Notes: generated by a model from the sequence alone, not told the origin. A stretch of 33,112 nucleotides of DNA from Actinomycetota bacterium (GCA_046724925.1 JBKOXM010000009.1:1-33112); one strand, 5' to 3'. Numbered from the stretch's first letter, positions 6,600 through 15,810 are shown. Translations and numbers: made by a program.

Positions 6600-7490
6600 C
6601 TACCGCGCGTTCTCAGTACCCGTGGAGCCGGTTGGCGTCAGGGAAGCCAGTGCGCGCCGGACGAGCGCCTGCCCGATCTCGACCTTGTACGCGGTTCCCG
6701 GGAGCGGCGTCGCTCGCTCCAGGTCCTCAACCGATTCGACGGCCCACGGGATCGGCGCGACTCCCGCCAGAGCAATCGTCGTCTCGGAGCCGAAGAGCGC
6801 GGCGGCGACCCCGACCAACGGGAACGACCATGCCCGTCGATCCATCGCCTTCAGGTAGACGCTCCCGTCAGGCGTCGGAACCTCGAGCTCGAGGATCAGC
6901 TCCCCGGGCGCGAGGGTCGTGACGTTCCGGTTGTCGTCCGTCGGCAGACGGTAGAGCTCCTGGAGTGGAAGCTCGCGCTCGGTTGTGTGGATTCGCGCCC
7001 GCAGCGCAAGGAGAGCCGCTGCAGGGTCGGAGGGATGCGCCGATGCGCAACGCTCGTTGCCGAGGATCGCATGCTCACGATGCGTCCCGGCCTTCGCATG
7101 GCAGCGGTCGCCGCCGTGCAAGTAGCAGGGAAACTTCAGGCGCCAGTACCAGCAGCGGGTCGCCTGCAGGAGGTTGCCGCCGATCGACCCCATCGCGCGG
7201 AGCTGAGGCGATGCGGCGAGGCGACAAGCTTCTCGCAGCGCGGCCGGGATCTGGGGGTCGACCTCGAGCTCACCCAGGGTGGTGCCCGCACCGATGCGCG
7301 TACCGTCGACCCCGCGCGGAAGGACGCCGCGCACGTCCACGAGCGTGTCGGCCTCGATCAGACGGTCGCGCAGCAGCGGGATCAGCTCGGTCCCGCCGAC
7401 GAGCGCGCGCGAACCGTTTCCGAGCGCGGCGCTCGCCTCTTCGACGGACTCAGGTCGAACGAGCTCCAACCGGTTCCCGTTCTCGCGCAC
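6600..7490 (-). CDS. Molybdenum hydroxylase FAD-binding (medium) subunit, CoxM/XdhB-like
   Basis: LVRPESVEEASAALG...ALVGGTELIPLLRDRL is typical of the FAD_binding_5 molybdopterin-dehydrogenase domain. The start may be TTG 7469 rather than GTG 7490, which would reduce the overlap with the large subunit from 41 to 20 nt. Confidence 0.8.
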   Translation of the reverse strand: MRENGNRLELVRPESVEEASAALGNGSRALVGGTELIPLLRDRLIEADTLVDVRGVLPRGVDGTRIGAGTTLGELEVDPQIPAALREACRLAASPQLRAMGSIGGNLLQATRCWYWRLKFPCYLHGGDRCHAKAGTHREHAILGNERCASAHPSDPAAALLALRARIHTTERELPLQELYRLPTDDNRNVTTLAPGELILELEVPTPDGSVYLKAMDRRAWSFPLVGVAAALFGSETTIALAGVAPIPWAVESVEDLERATPLPGTAYKVEIGQALVRRALASLTPTGSTGTENAR

Positions 7491-9714
7491 GAGCCTCGCG
7501 CAGGGCCCGCAGCATCTCCTCCCGGCTGATCGGAAGCGAGCGCACGTCGGCGCCGGTCGCGTCGCGGATCGCGTTCGCGATCGCGGCGGCTGTCGGAATG
7601 ATCGGCGGCTCGCCCAGTCCCTTCGACCCGAGGTTGGTGAGGTGCTCGTCCGGAACGTCCACGAACTCGGCCACGATCTCCGGAACGTCGGCGATCGTCG
7701 GCAGCTTGTACGCGTCGAGGGTCTGCGTCAGAACGGTGCCCGTCTGGGGGTCGAGCAGGCGCTCCTCCGCGAGGGTGTGGCCGATGCCCTGGATAATCCC
7801 GCCCTCCACTTGTCTGGTGGCGCCCAGTGGATTGATCACTCGACCGACGTCGTGGATCGCCGCGACGCGCTCGACCCGTACTTCACCCGTCTCGACGTCG
7901 ACAGCAACCTCGGCCACCTGGACGCCGAACGTGAGCACTCGCATGCCGGTCGGGTTCGGGCCACGCGCACCCTTGCCGAGGATCTGACCGTCCTCGAGCA
8001 AACCCGTGACCTCCTCGAGCGGCCACGAGCCGCCGTCCGCGGACACGATCTTGCCGCCGCTCAGGTCGAGCACGCGTTCCTCGAGGTGGAAGCGCTGGGC
8101 CGCGATCTCGAGGATCTGCCGCTTCGCGTCCGCCGCGGCCGCCCGTACCGCCGGGCCCATCGAGGGAACAGTCGAGGAGCCGGCCGAGATCGAGGCGTAC
8201 GGTCCGCGCGCGGAGTCGCCCAGCGAGACGTCGACTCGGTGGAGGGGGAGGCCCAACTCCTCGGCCGCGATCTGCGCCATCGCCGTCCGGGTCCCGGTGC
8301 CGATGTCCTGCATCGCCGTAATCACGACGACACGGCCATCCGCACCCAGTCGCACCCAGGCGTACGAGGGCGGGCCGCCGCCTCCGTACCAGATCTGACT
8401 GGCGAGCCCCACGCCATGTTTCCAGCTGCCTTCGGACCGGGCTCGCACCTCGGCGCGGCGCTCCCAGTGCGGCTCAGCCCGGCGGTAGCACTCGGCCAGG
8501 TTCTTGGACGAGAACGGCCGCTCGTCGATCAAATCGGCGTCCGAATAGTTCCGCCGCCGCAGCTCGAGCGGGTCGAGGTCGAGCTTCGCTGCGAGTTCGT
8601 CCATCAGACACTCGAGTCCGAACGTGCCTTCGACGAACCCGGGAGCACGGAAGGCGGTGTTCGGAGGCAGGTTCAGCTTCGCGCCGTACTGAACCGTGCG
8701 CACGTTCTCGCAGGCGTACAGCATTTGCATGGGGCCTTCGGTCGAAGGCGACCAGCCGCGGAATCCGATTGCGTTGACGAACTCTCCTCCGAGCGCCGTG
8801 AGCGTCCCGTCCGAACGGGCTCCGACCCGGAGGCGCTGGATCGTCGCGTTGCGGTTCCCGGTCGCCAAATTTTCTTCACGGCGCGTGAGTGCGCACCGAA
8901 CCGGCCGACCGGTCCGCTTCGCGAGCTCGGCTGCGATGAAGGTGTAGTCGCCCGGAGTGTTCTTGGCGCCGAAGCCGCCACCCATCGCGTGGCAGACCAC
9001 TCGTACCTTGTCCTCTGGGAGCCCCAGCTGCTCGGCGACGTCCGAGCGCACACCCCAGATGTACTGCGTCGAGATGTAGACCGTGATGCTGCCGTCCGGT
9101 TCCCACTCCACGACCGATTGGTGGGTCTCGAGCGAGTTGTGCAGTACAACCTGGGTGCGGTACTCAGCCTCGAGGACGACGTCGGCCTCAGCGATTCCGC
9201 GCTCGAAATCCCCGCGTTCGTACGTCGTTGCCTCGCTCACGAGCGAGCGTTGTCGCACAGCCTCGTCCGGGTCGAGCAGCGGCTCGAGCTGCTGCCACTC
9301 GATCTCGATCGAGTCGAGCGCGCCCCGTGCCTGATCGAACGTCTCCGCCGCGACGGCGGCGACCGGCGCGCCATGGTAGCCGGGCTCCTCGCTTAACTGC
9401 TCGAGGTCGCCCGGCCCGATCGCGGCGCGGACACCCGGCCCCTCGAGCGCCCGGGCGAGCGCGAGCCGGCGGACTCGCGCCCTGGCGAATGGGCTGCGCA
9501 GGACGGCGGTGTGCAGCATCCCTGGGAGCTGAAGGTCGGCGGTGTAGCCGGCGCGCCCGGTGGCGCGGTGACGACCGTCGATCCTCGGCGCGTCGCGGCC
9601 GACTGTCTCGAGCGGGCCGGCCGGCCACTGATCGAGTGCGTCCTCTTCGACGATGATCCACTGCTCCGTGTAGCGGCCTTCGACCTCCTTCTCGGTCCTG
9701 ATCAGCCGCGCCAT
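7450..9714 (-). CDS. Xanthine dehydrogenase/aldehyde oxidase-family molybdopterin-binding (large) subunit
   Basis: Trimmed to ATG 9714 (MARLIRTEKE...). It has the a/b-hammerhead region PRIDGRHRATGRAGYTADLQLPGML, then GGGFGAK, FRAPGFVEG and a C-terminal GLGEPP with the conserved catalytic Glu. Confidence 0.9.
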   Translation of the reverse strand: MARLIRTEKEVEGRYTEQWIIVEEDALDQWPAGPLETVGRDAPRIDGRHRATGRAGYTADLQLPGMLHTAVLRSPFARARVRRLALARALEGPGVRAAIGPGDLEQLSEEPGYHGAPVAAVAAETFDQARGALDSIEIEWQQLEPLLDPDEAVRQRSLVSEATTYERGDFERGIAEADVVLEAEYRTQVVLHNSLETHQSVVEWEPDGSITVYISTQYIWGVRSDVAEQLGLPEDKVRVVCHAMGGGFGAKNTPGDYTFIAAELAKRTGRPVRCALTRREENLATGNRNATIQRLRVGARSDGTLTALGGEFVNAIGFRGWSPSTEGPMQMLYACENVRTVQYGAKLNLPPNTAFRAPGFVEGTFGLECLMDELAAKLDLDPLELRRRNYSDADLIDERPFSSKNLAECYRRAEPHWERRAEVRARSEGSWKHGVGLASQIWYGGGGPPSYAWVRLGADGRVVVITAMQDIGTGTRTAMAQIAAEELGLPLHRVDVSLGDSARGPYASISAGSSTVPSMGPAVRAAAADAKRQILEIAAQRFHLEERVLDLSGGKIVSADGGSWPLEEVTGLLEDGQILGKGARGPNPTGMRVLTFGVQVAEVAVDVETGEVRVERVAAIHDVGRVINPLGATRQVEGGIIQGIGHTLAEERLLDPQTGTVLTQTLDAYKLPTIADVPEIVAEFVDVPDEHLTNLGSKGLGEPPIIPTAAAIANAIRDATGADVRSLPISREEMLRALREARAREREPVGARST

Positions 9715-10139
9715 GAAGCAATCGCCTCCTCGATCTTTGGATAGGTGCCGCAGCGGCAAAGGTTTCCCGCCATCGCATGGCGAATCTCCTCGCGGGTCGG
9801 CTCGGGGTTGGCTTCCACGAGCGCGGCGGCCGAGACGATCTGGCCGGGGGTGCAGAACCCGCACTGGAGCGCATCCGCACGCACGAACGCGTCGACGAGC
9901 GGGTGCTCGCGCAGCCCTTCGATCGTGGTTACCTCCCGGCCGTCGACGGTGTGCGCAAGCGTGATACAGGAGAGCGTCGGCACGCCGTCGAGCTGCACCG
10001 TGCAGGCACCGCAGTGACCTTCCGCGCAGGCGATCTTCGTTCCTGTAAAGCCGAGGTCCTCGCGCAGCGTCTCCGCCAACGTGCGTCCCACCGGGACGTC
10101 CACCTCGTACGAGTCGCCGTTGACCCTAAGGGCGAGCAT
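9702..10139 (-). CDS. Molybdenum hydroxylase [2Fe-2S] (small) subunit, CoxS-like
   Basis: There are two cysteine clusters: CAEGHCGACTV (plant-ferredoxin type) and CGFCTPG...CRCGTY. Confidence 0.9.
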   Translation of the reverse strand: MLALRVNGDSYEVDVPVGRTLAETLREDLGFTGTKIACAEGHCGACTVQLDGVPTLSCITLAHTVDGREVTTIEGLREHPLVDAFVRADALQCGFCTPGQIVSAAALVEANPEPTREEIRHAMAGNLCRCGTYPKIEEAIASWRG

Positions 10140-11283
10140 CGGGCGTGACCGAGAGGATGTCGGCGAGGTGGATCAGGCGGAACGTCGCGCGGACAGCCTC
10201 GATCCGATCCGGCTCGGTCTCCGCTTCGGGCAAGCCACGCCAGAGCTCCCGCGCGGTCACCAGCAGCTCGCGGATTCGTTCGAGCTCCTCGGGCCGGCCG
10301 TCTCGTTCCTCGCACGCATTGAGCGCGAGGCCGAGCACGCCGATCGTGTCGGCCTGTCGTGTCCAGAGGAGAGGCGTCGCCATCGAGAGGTACTGATGGA
10401 TGCGCGCGTAGACCATGGGCTGGGCCAACATCTCCTCACCTGTCGGCTGCGTCGGCTCCCGCGGCGGCTCGCCGGCCGCGATTCGATTCGCGTTGCCCGC
10501 CAGGAGCTCGCGCACTTGATCCTCCGCGAACCCGGCCGTACGCGCCGTGCGAAGGCAGATGAGCAGCGAGTTCGGCAAACGCCCGTACGGGTAGTCGGAC
10601 GCATAGAGGATCTGCTCGGGCGGAATCTGGCGGTAGAAGTCGAGGAGATCGACGGCGCTCCAGACGGACGTGTCGAAGAAGACGCCCGCCTTCCCGGCGA
10701 AGCACGCCGCGAGGTTGGCGAGATCGGCAATGCCGGCATGCGCGATGATCAGCTGAGCCTCTGGGTAGCGCTCGACGAGGCGGGCGAGGTGCGACGCGAT
10801 CGGCGGGAGTCCGCGACCGCCGTGGATCAGGATCGGCACGCGGCGCTCGGCCGCGAGCGCGAAGATCGGCGCCAGACGGGCGTCGTTCAACAGGAAGCCC
10901 TGAGCGCGCGGATGGAGCTTGATCCCGCGGGCGCCGAGGTCGAGACACCGAGTCGCTTCCTGAACGGGCTCTTCGGCCAGATCGAGTCGAACGAAGGGGA
11001 TTAGACGTCCGCCCGACCGCTCCGAGTAGGCAAGGGTGCGGTCGTTCGCCGCGCGGAACGCCGGGTGCCGGTCGGGCTCGTCCATGCAGAACATGAAGCA
11101 GTGCGCGATGCCGTACGAGTCGAGCACCTCCATCAGCTCGTCGTACCGGCCGGACATCCCGTCGATGTCGTCACCGAGGTGGACGTGCGCGTCGAAGATC
11201 TCGACCTCTTCGGGCAGCTCGCGCTGCAGTTCATCGTCGTAGAGCGCGATCAACTGCTGCGCTTGCTGGAGCGCGTCTTCCAC
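10126..11283 (-). CDS. Amidohydrolase_2-family metal-dependent hydrolase/decarboxylase with a ~115-aa C-terminal helical extension
   Basis: The core reads IFDAHVHLGDD...GIKLHPRAQGF...PILIHGGRG...IIAHAGIADL...FFDTS...YASDYPYG, the TIM-barrel metal-ligand pattern of PF04909-type enzymes. It overlaps the downstream [2Fe-2S] gene by 14 nt. Confidence 0.75.
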   Translation of the reverse strand: MEDALQQAQQLIALYDDELQRELPEEVEIFDAHVHLGDDIDGMSGRYDELMEVLDSYGIAHCFMFCMDEPDRHPAFRAANDRTLAYSERSGGRLIPFVRLDLAEEPVQEATRCLDLGARGIKLHPRAQGFLLNDARLAPIFALAAERRVPILIHGGRGLPPIASHLARLVERYPEAQLIIAHAGIADLANLAACFAGKAGVFFDTSVWSAVDLLDFYRQIPPEQILYASDYPYGRLPNSLLICLRTARTAGFAEDQVRELLAGNANRIAAGEPPREPTQPTGEEMLAQPMVYARIHQYLSMATPLLWTRQADTIGVLGLALNACEERDGRPEELERIRELLVTARELWRGLPEAETEPDRIEAVRATFRLIHLADILSVTPDARP

Positions 11284-11297
11284 GACTCGGAGTTTAT

Positions 11298-11333
11298 GTA
11301 CGCACGCCCGCCGCGAGTCGCGGGCGCGCGTAC
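11298..11333 (-). terminator. GC-rich hairpin downstream of the secreted-protein gene
   Basis: The arms gtacgcacgcccgc and gcgggcgcgcgtac pair at 13 of 14 positions around an 8-nt loop. The hairpin lies in the 58-nt gap between the stop at 11342 and the start of the next minus-strand operon at 11283. No clear U-tract follows. Confidence 0.4.
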
Positions 11334-11341
11334 GTGTGCTC

Positions 11342-12529
11342 TTAGCGGCGGGCGGTCTGAGCGACCGGCACGACGACCCGGAGCGCCTTCGCGGAGCGCG
11401 GGCTCACCCAACGGTCGCCGGGACGACGCGCGGTGATCACGAAGGTGATTCCGCGACGGCCCTGCAGGGTAAGCGTCTCCGCCGGCGTCAGGATGAGCCT
11501 TGCGGTCCCGTTCTGCGCCGTCTCGACGAGCTCGGAGGGCAGGAACGTCGTGCCGCTGAACGGCGCGACGCGGACCTCTGCGTCCTTGATCCGGAAGCCG
11601 CGGCTGTCGAAGACCCGCACGTTGAAGGTGACAGGGCCCGGCCGGGCGAGTCGCGCCGGACGCACAGTCGCACTGTTGATCACGAGGCGGTGCGGGGCTG
11701 TGACCTTTTCGGCCGGAATCCATGTGCGTGTCGCCGTCGGCATCAGATCCGAGACGACCGCGGTTGGCTCGGAGACCGCCGTCCGCGACCCTCCCGCGTT
11801 GCTGGCCGTGACTTCCGCGCGAATCCGCTTCCCGATCGCGCTTCTCGGCAGCGTGTAGGACTGTGAGGTCACCCCCGTGTCCGTGCAGTTCGCACCGGCT
11901 GCGTCGCAGTGCTGCCACTTGACCGAGAACGCGAGCGGTGCCGTCCCTGTCCATTCGCCGTTGGCCACGGACAGGGTCTCCTCGACCATCGGCGTCCCGC
12001 TGATCGTCGGAAGCGAGCTCGAGGCAGGTGCAACCGCGGGACTGATGGCCTCACGGCAAGCCCGCGCGATTGATCCGTCCTTGCTCGCGTTGCCCCATTC
12101 CCACACGTCGTAGGCGAGCTCGCCCCACGAATAGGTGTACGTCGAGCGCGTTCCGCCCCAGACCTCGACGCAGATCAAGTGGCCGTAGTCGCCCGCCTGC
12201 AGCTGATAGACGTTCGCATCGGAGACGTCGGGCCACGTGTTCGCCGGGACGGCCGGGTAGTTGGTCGTCTTCGGGACTGCCTCAGGGCCCTTGAGGGTGA
12301 TGCCGTCACGGGAGAAGCGAAAGACGAACTTGACGACGGCGCCGCTCTCGCTCCCCCAACCTCCGTTCCCGGCCATCATCTTCGTGCCCTGCTGCTCGAT
12401 GCTCGGGTGTTGGGTGGCGAAGGGCTCGCTGGCGACGGCTGCGCCGGCTGAGATGCCGACGACGACGGTGAGGATGGCCGTGAGAACCAGCGTGCGCGTC
12501 TTGACCGCGCGGCCTCGATGCTGCGTCAT
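11342..12529 (-). CDS. Secreted protein with Ig-like GxWxG...WxxC...C repeat domain(s) and a C-terminal beta-sandwich-like region
   Basis: Start set at ATG 12529, with GGAG 6 nt upstream. The signal peptide is MTQHRGRAVKTRTLVLTAILTVVVGISAGAAVA/SE. The repeat block ISGTPMVEETLSVANGEWTGTAPLAFSVKWQHCDAAGANCTD...YTLPRSAIGKRIRAEVTASNAGG spans nt 11756-12013. Confidence 0.7.
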   Translation of the reverse strand: MTQHRGRAVKTRTLVLTAILTVVVGISAGAAVASEPFATQHPSIEQQGTKMMAGNGGWGSESGAVVKFVFRFSRDGITLKGPEAVPKTTNYPAVPANTWPDVSDANVYQLQAGDYGHLICVEVWGGTRSTYTYSWGELAYDVWEWGNASKDGSIARACREAISPAVAPASSSLPTISGTPMVEETLSVANGEWTGTAPLAFSVKWQHCDAAGANCTDTGVTSQSYTLPRSAIGKRIRAEVTASNAGGSRTAVSEPTAVVSDLMPTATRTWIPAEKVTAPHRLVINSATVRPARLARPGPVTFNVRVFDSRGFRIKDAEVRVAPFSGTTFLPSELVETAQNGTARLILTPAETLTLQGRRGITFVITARRPGDRWVSPRSAKALRVVVPVAQTARR

Positions 12530-12637
12530 GCGTGACTCCATTCGGCGACGAAAAATTGCGTTAGAGACCCCAAAACTGCCGATATTGCAAGCGCAGGAGG
12601 ATAGCAATCAAATCGGATACGGCAAGACTCGCGGGTT

Positions 12638-12659
12638 CGGGCGGATATAGGATCGCCCG
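12638..12659 (+). promoter_or_regulatory. -10-like TAGGAT (12648-12653) flanked by the inverted repeat CGGGCG/CGCCCG, immediately upstream of the pepP-like ATG
   Basis: The sequence is cgggcg-gatataggat-cgcccg followed by c-ATG (12661). The hexamer fits TANNNT and ends 7 nt before the start codon, and no Shine-Dalgarno is present. Confidence 0.35.
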
Positions 12660-12660
12660 C

Positions 12661-13797
12661 ATGACTGACGTTCTGATCTTTTCCGACACCGTTCGCTCAC
12701 CTGAGCTGCGCCATGAGGTGCCGCTCGTCATCCCAGACCCGTTTCTCTACGCCGAGATCGGCGGGACGAAGCACATCGTGATCAGCTCGATGGAAGCGCT
12801 CCGCCTGCAGGAGATCGGCACGTACGAGCTGCACCCGCCGGAGGAGTACGGCCTCGACGAGCTGATCAAGCAGGGGCTCGAGTGGCCTGAGCTCGGTCTG
12901 CAGTTGATCGAGCGCGCCGTCGCCGGGCTCGGCGTCAAGGCCGCTACCGTGCCGCCGCAGTTTCCACTGATGGTGGCCGACCGGCTCCGCGCCCAGGGCG
13001 TGGATCTGAAGCCCGACTACGAGTTCTTCGAGCGCCGCCGCCGCGTCAAGAACGAGGAGGAGCTCGCCGGGATCCGGCGGGCCCAGCGCGCGGCCGAGGC
13101 CGGAATGGACGCGGCGCGAAAGCTCCTGCGCGAAGCCCAACTGTCGAACGGCACGCTCACGTCCGGCGGCGAGACCCTCACGGTCGAGCGCGTCAAGCAG
13201 GCGATCGACCAGGCGTTCGTCGAGCATGGCTGCGCCGCCGACGAGTTCATCGTCTCCCACGGCCCGCAGTCTGCGATCGGCCACCACATGGGTGAAGGTC
13301 CGATCGCGCCCGACGAGCCGATCGTGATCGACCTCTGGCCGCGCGACCGCGAGTCGGCCTGCTTCGCCGACATGACTCGAACCTTCGTGGTCGGGACCCC
13401 CTCCGAGGAGCTCGCTGAATGGCATCGCCTCTGCAAGGAGGCGCTCGACAAGGCGCTCGCCGACATCAAGCCCGGCGTCAAGGGTCGGATGATCTTCGAC
13501 GGCACCTGCGAGCTGTTCGAGGAGCATGGCTATCCGACGCAGCGCACGAAGAAGGAAGGCGAGACCCTCGACGACGGGTTCTTCCACGGCCTCGGCCACG
13601 GCGTCGGCCTCGAGGTGCACGAGCAGCCGGGCATGGGCATCGCCAGCCAGAAGGAGCTCGTCGCGGGCGACGTCGTCACGGTCGAGCCCGGGCTCTACCG
13701 TCAGGGCTACGGCGGATGCCGGCTGGAGGACCTCGTTCTCGTCACCGAGCAGGGCGCGGAGAACCTCACGGACTACCCCTACGACCTGAAGCCGTGA
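12661..13797 (+). CDS. M24B-family Xaa-Pro aminopeptidase/dipeptidase
   Basis: The 378-aa ORF has a creatinase-like N-terminal domain and pita-bread metal ligands in ...VIDLWPR...CFADMTRTFVVG...HGLGHGVGLEVHEQP...VVTVEPGLY...RLEDLVLVTE. Confidence 0.85.
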   Translation: MTDVLIFSDTVRSPELRHEVPLVIPDPFLYAEIGGTKHIVISSMEALRLQEIGTYELHPPEEYGLDELIKQGLEWPELGLQLIERAVAGLGVKAATVPPQFPLMVADRLRAQGVDLKPDYEFFERRRRVKNEEELAGIRRAQRAAEAGMDAARKLLREAQLSNGTLTSGGETLTVERVKQAIDQAFVEHGCAADEFIVSHGPQSAIGHHMGEGPIAPDEPIVIDLWPRDRESACFADMTRTFVVGTPSEELAEWHRLCKEALDKALADIKPGVKGRMIFDGTCELFEEHGYPTQRTKKEGETLDDGFFHGLGHGVGLEVHEQPGMGIASQKELVAGDVVTVEPGLYRQGYGGCRLEDLVLVTEQGAENLTDYPYDLKP

Positions 13798-15761
13798 CCG
13801 AGGGGGCAGGCGCCTCGACGATCGACACGATCTTCGTCGAGGAGCGGCGCTATCCGCCCGATCCGGAATTCGCCGCGCAGGCCAACGCGCAGCCGGAGAT
13901 CTACGACCGCGACCCGGATGAATTCTGGGAGAGCGAAGGTCGTGAGCGGATCACGTGGTTCGAGCCGTTCACGCAGGTCTGCGAATGGGAGCCGCCCTAC
14001 GCGAAGTGGTATGTCGGCGGCAAGCTGAACATCGCGTACAACTGCGTCGATCGTCACGTCGAGGCCGGCAACGGGGACAAGGTCGCCTACTACTGGGAGG
14101 GCGAGCCGGTAGGCGACCGCCACCGGCTGACCTTCAAGGACCTCCAGGACGAGGTCGTTCGTTTTTCCAACGGGCTGAAGGAGCTAGGCGTCCGGAAGGG
14201 CACGCCCGTCGGCATCTACATGGGGATGGTGCCAGAGCTTCCGATCGCGATGTTGGCGTGTGCACGACTCGGCGCCCCGCACACGGTCGTCTTCGGCGGG
14301 TTCTCGGCCGAGTCGCTCGCCGGTCGCCTGAACGACATGGAGTGTGAGCTGCTGATCACCCAGGACGAGGGCTGGCGGCGCGGGCAGACCGTGCCCCTGA
14401 AGCAGAACGCCGACGAGGCCGTCGCCTCCGCGCCCAGCGTGAGGCGGGTCGTCGTCCTGCGCCGCACGAACGGCGACGTCCCGATGGACGACGCCCGCGA
14501 CATCACCTGGAATGCCGCGATCGAGGGCGCGAGCGCCGACCCGGAGAGCTGTCCGCCCGAGCCGATGGACGCTGAAGACCTTCTCTACCTCCTCTACACC
14601 AGCGGGACGACGGCGAAGCCGAAGGGAATCGCGCACACGAGCGGGGGCTACCTCGTGGGCGTCGCGACGACCCACCACTACATCTTCGACATCAAGCCCG
14701 ACTCCGTGTATTGGTGCGCAGCCGACGTCGGCTGGGTGACCGGGCACAGCTACATCGTGTACGGCCCGCTCTGCAACGGGACGACGGGCGTCATGTACGA
14801 GGGGACGCCCGACTTTCCGGACAAAGACCGTTGGTGGGAGATCGTCGCGCGCTACAAGGTGGACATCCTCTACACCGCGCCGACGGCGATCCGCAGCCAC
14901 ATGAAATGGGGCGCCGAGTACGCCGAGCGCCACGATCTCTCCTCGCTGCGGCTGCTCGGCACGGTCGGCGAGCCGATCAACCCGGAAGCGTGGGAGTGGT
15001 ACCGCCAGCACATCGGCGGTGGACGCACACCGGTGGTCGACACCTGGTGGCAGACCGAGACGGGGATGATCCTGATCACTCCGCTGCCCGGGATCACCAC
15101 GCTCAAGCCCGGCTCGGCCACGAAGCCGTTTCCGGGCGTCGACGCCGCCGTGTACGACGAGCAGGGCAACGAGGTCGGCCCAGGAGGTGGCGGGTACCTG
15201 GTCCTCCGCCGCCCGTGGCCCGCGATGCTGCGGGGGATCTACAAGGATCCAGATCGCTACGTCGAGACGTACTGGTCGCGGTACGCCGTCGCCTACTTCG
15301 CAGGCGACGGCGCCCGCATCGACGAGGACGGCGACTTCTGGCTGCTCGGCCGCGTCGACGACGTGATGAACGTCTCGGGCCACAGGATCTCGACGATCGA
15401 GGTCGAGAGCGCTCTGGTCGACCACCAGAAGGTGGCGGAGGCGGCCGTGTGCGGACGCAACGATCCTCAGACTGGGCAGGCAATCGTGGCCTACGTGACG
15501 CTGAAGGGGGACGACGAGGGCACGGTCGAGATGCTCGAGGAGTTGCGCAACCACGTGGCCAAGAAGATCGGCCCGATCGCGAAGCCCGCGAACATCGTCT
15601 TCACCCCCGAATTGCCGAAGACTCGTAGCGGCAAGATCATGCGCCGCCTGCTCAGAGACGTCGCGGAGAACCGGGCGCTCGGCGACACCACCACGCTCGC
15701 CGATCCCGCGGTCGTCGATGAGATCAAGACTCGCGCTGTGGCCGAGGCGCCGGATGAGTAG
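13794..15761 (+). CDS. acs: Acetyl-CoA synthetase (acetate-CoA ligase, AMP-forming)
   Basis: Trimmed from the 780-aa ORF to GTG 13794, which overlaps the pepP-like stop (GTGA), giving 655 aa. It reads YPPDPEFAAQANA...WEPPYAKWYVGGKLNIAYNCVDRH, YTSGTTAKPKG, VDTWWQTETG and PKTRSGKIMRRLLR. The conserved regulatory Lys codon is at 15633-15635. Confidence 0.92.
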   Translation: MTEGAGASTIDTIFVEERRYPPDPEFAAQANAQPEIYDRDPDEFWESEGRERITWFEPFTQVCEWEPPYAKWYVGGKLNIAYNCVDRHVEAGNGDKVAYYWEGEPVGDRHRLTFKDLQDEVVRFSNGLKELGVRKGTPVGIYMGMVPELPIAMLACARLGAPHTVVFGGFSAESLAGRLNDMECELLITQDEGWRRGQTVPLKQNADEAVASAPSVRRVVVLRRTNGDVPMDDARDITWNAAIEGASADPESCPPEPMDAEDLLYLLYTSGTTAKPKGIAHTSGGYLVGVATTHHYIFDIKPDSVYWCAADVGWVTGHSYIVYGPLCNGTTGVMYEGTPDFPDKDRWWEIVARYKVDILYTAPTAIRSHMKWGAEYAERHDLSSLRLLGTVGEPINPEAWEWYRQHIGGGRTPVVDTWWQTETGMILITPLPGITTLKPGSATKPFPGVDAAVYDEQGNEVGPGGGGYLVLRRPWPAMLRGIYKDPDRYVETYWSRYAVAYFAGDGARIDEDGDFWLLGRVDDVMNVSGHRISTIEVESALVDHQKVAEAAVCGRNDPQTGQAIVAYVTLKGDDEGTVEMLEELRNHVAKKIGPIAKPANIVFTPELPKTRSGKIMRRLLRDVAENRALGDTTTLADPAVVDEIKTRAVAEAPDE

Positions 15762-15810
15762 CGCCGAGCGACCGGTCGAATTCGGAGGCCGTCGACCGGT
15801 CGTTGCAGAC

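Noticed and set aside
7450-9714. Calling the molybdoenzyme a carbon monoxide dehydrogenase (coxL) or a bona fide xanthine dehydrogenase.
   Set aside because: I could not find the CODH active-site loop (AYxCSFR, or the form II AYRGAGR) in the translation. The gene order is S-L-M rather than coxMSL. Substrate specificity cannot be read from the generic motifs present.
13419-13793. N-terminal extension of the acs ORF (780 aa in the track).
   Set aside because: It overlaps the 3' end of the pepP-like gene out of frame and has a low-complexity Arg-rich translation. Acs homology starts right after GTG 13794, which forms a GTGA overlap with the pepP-like stop.
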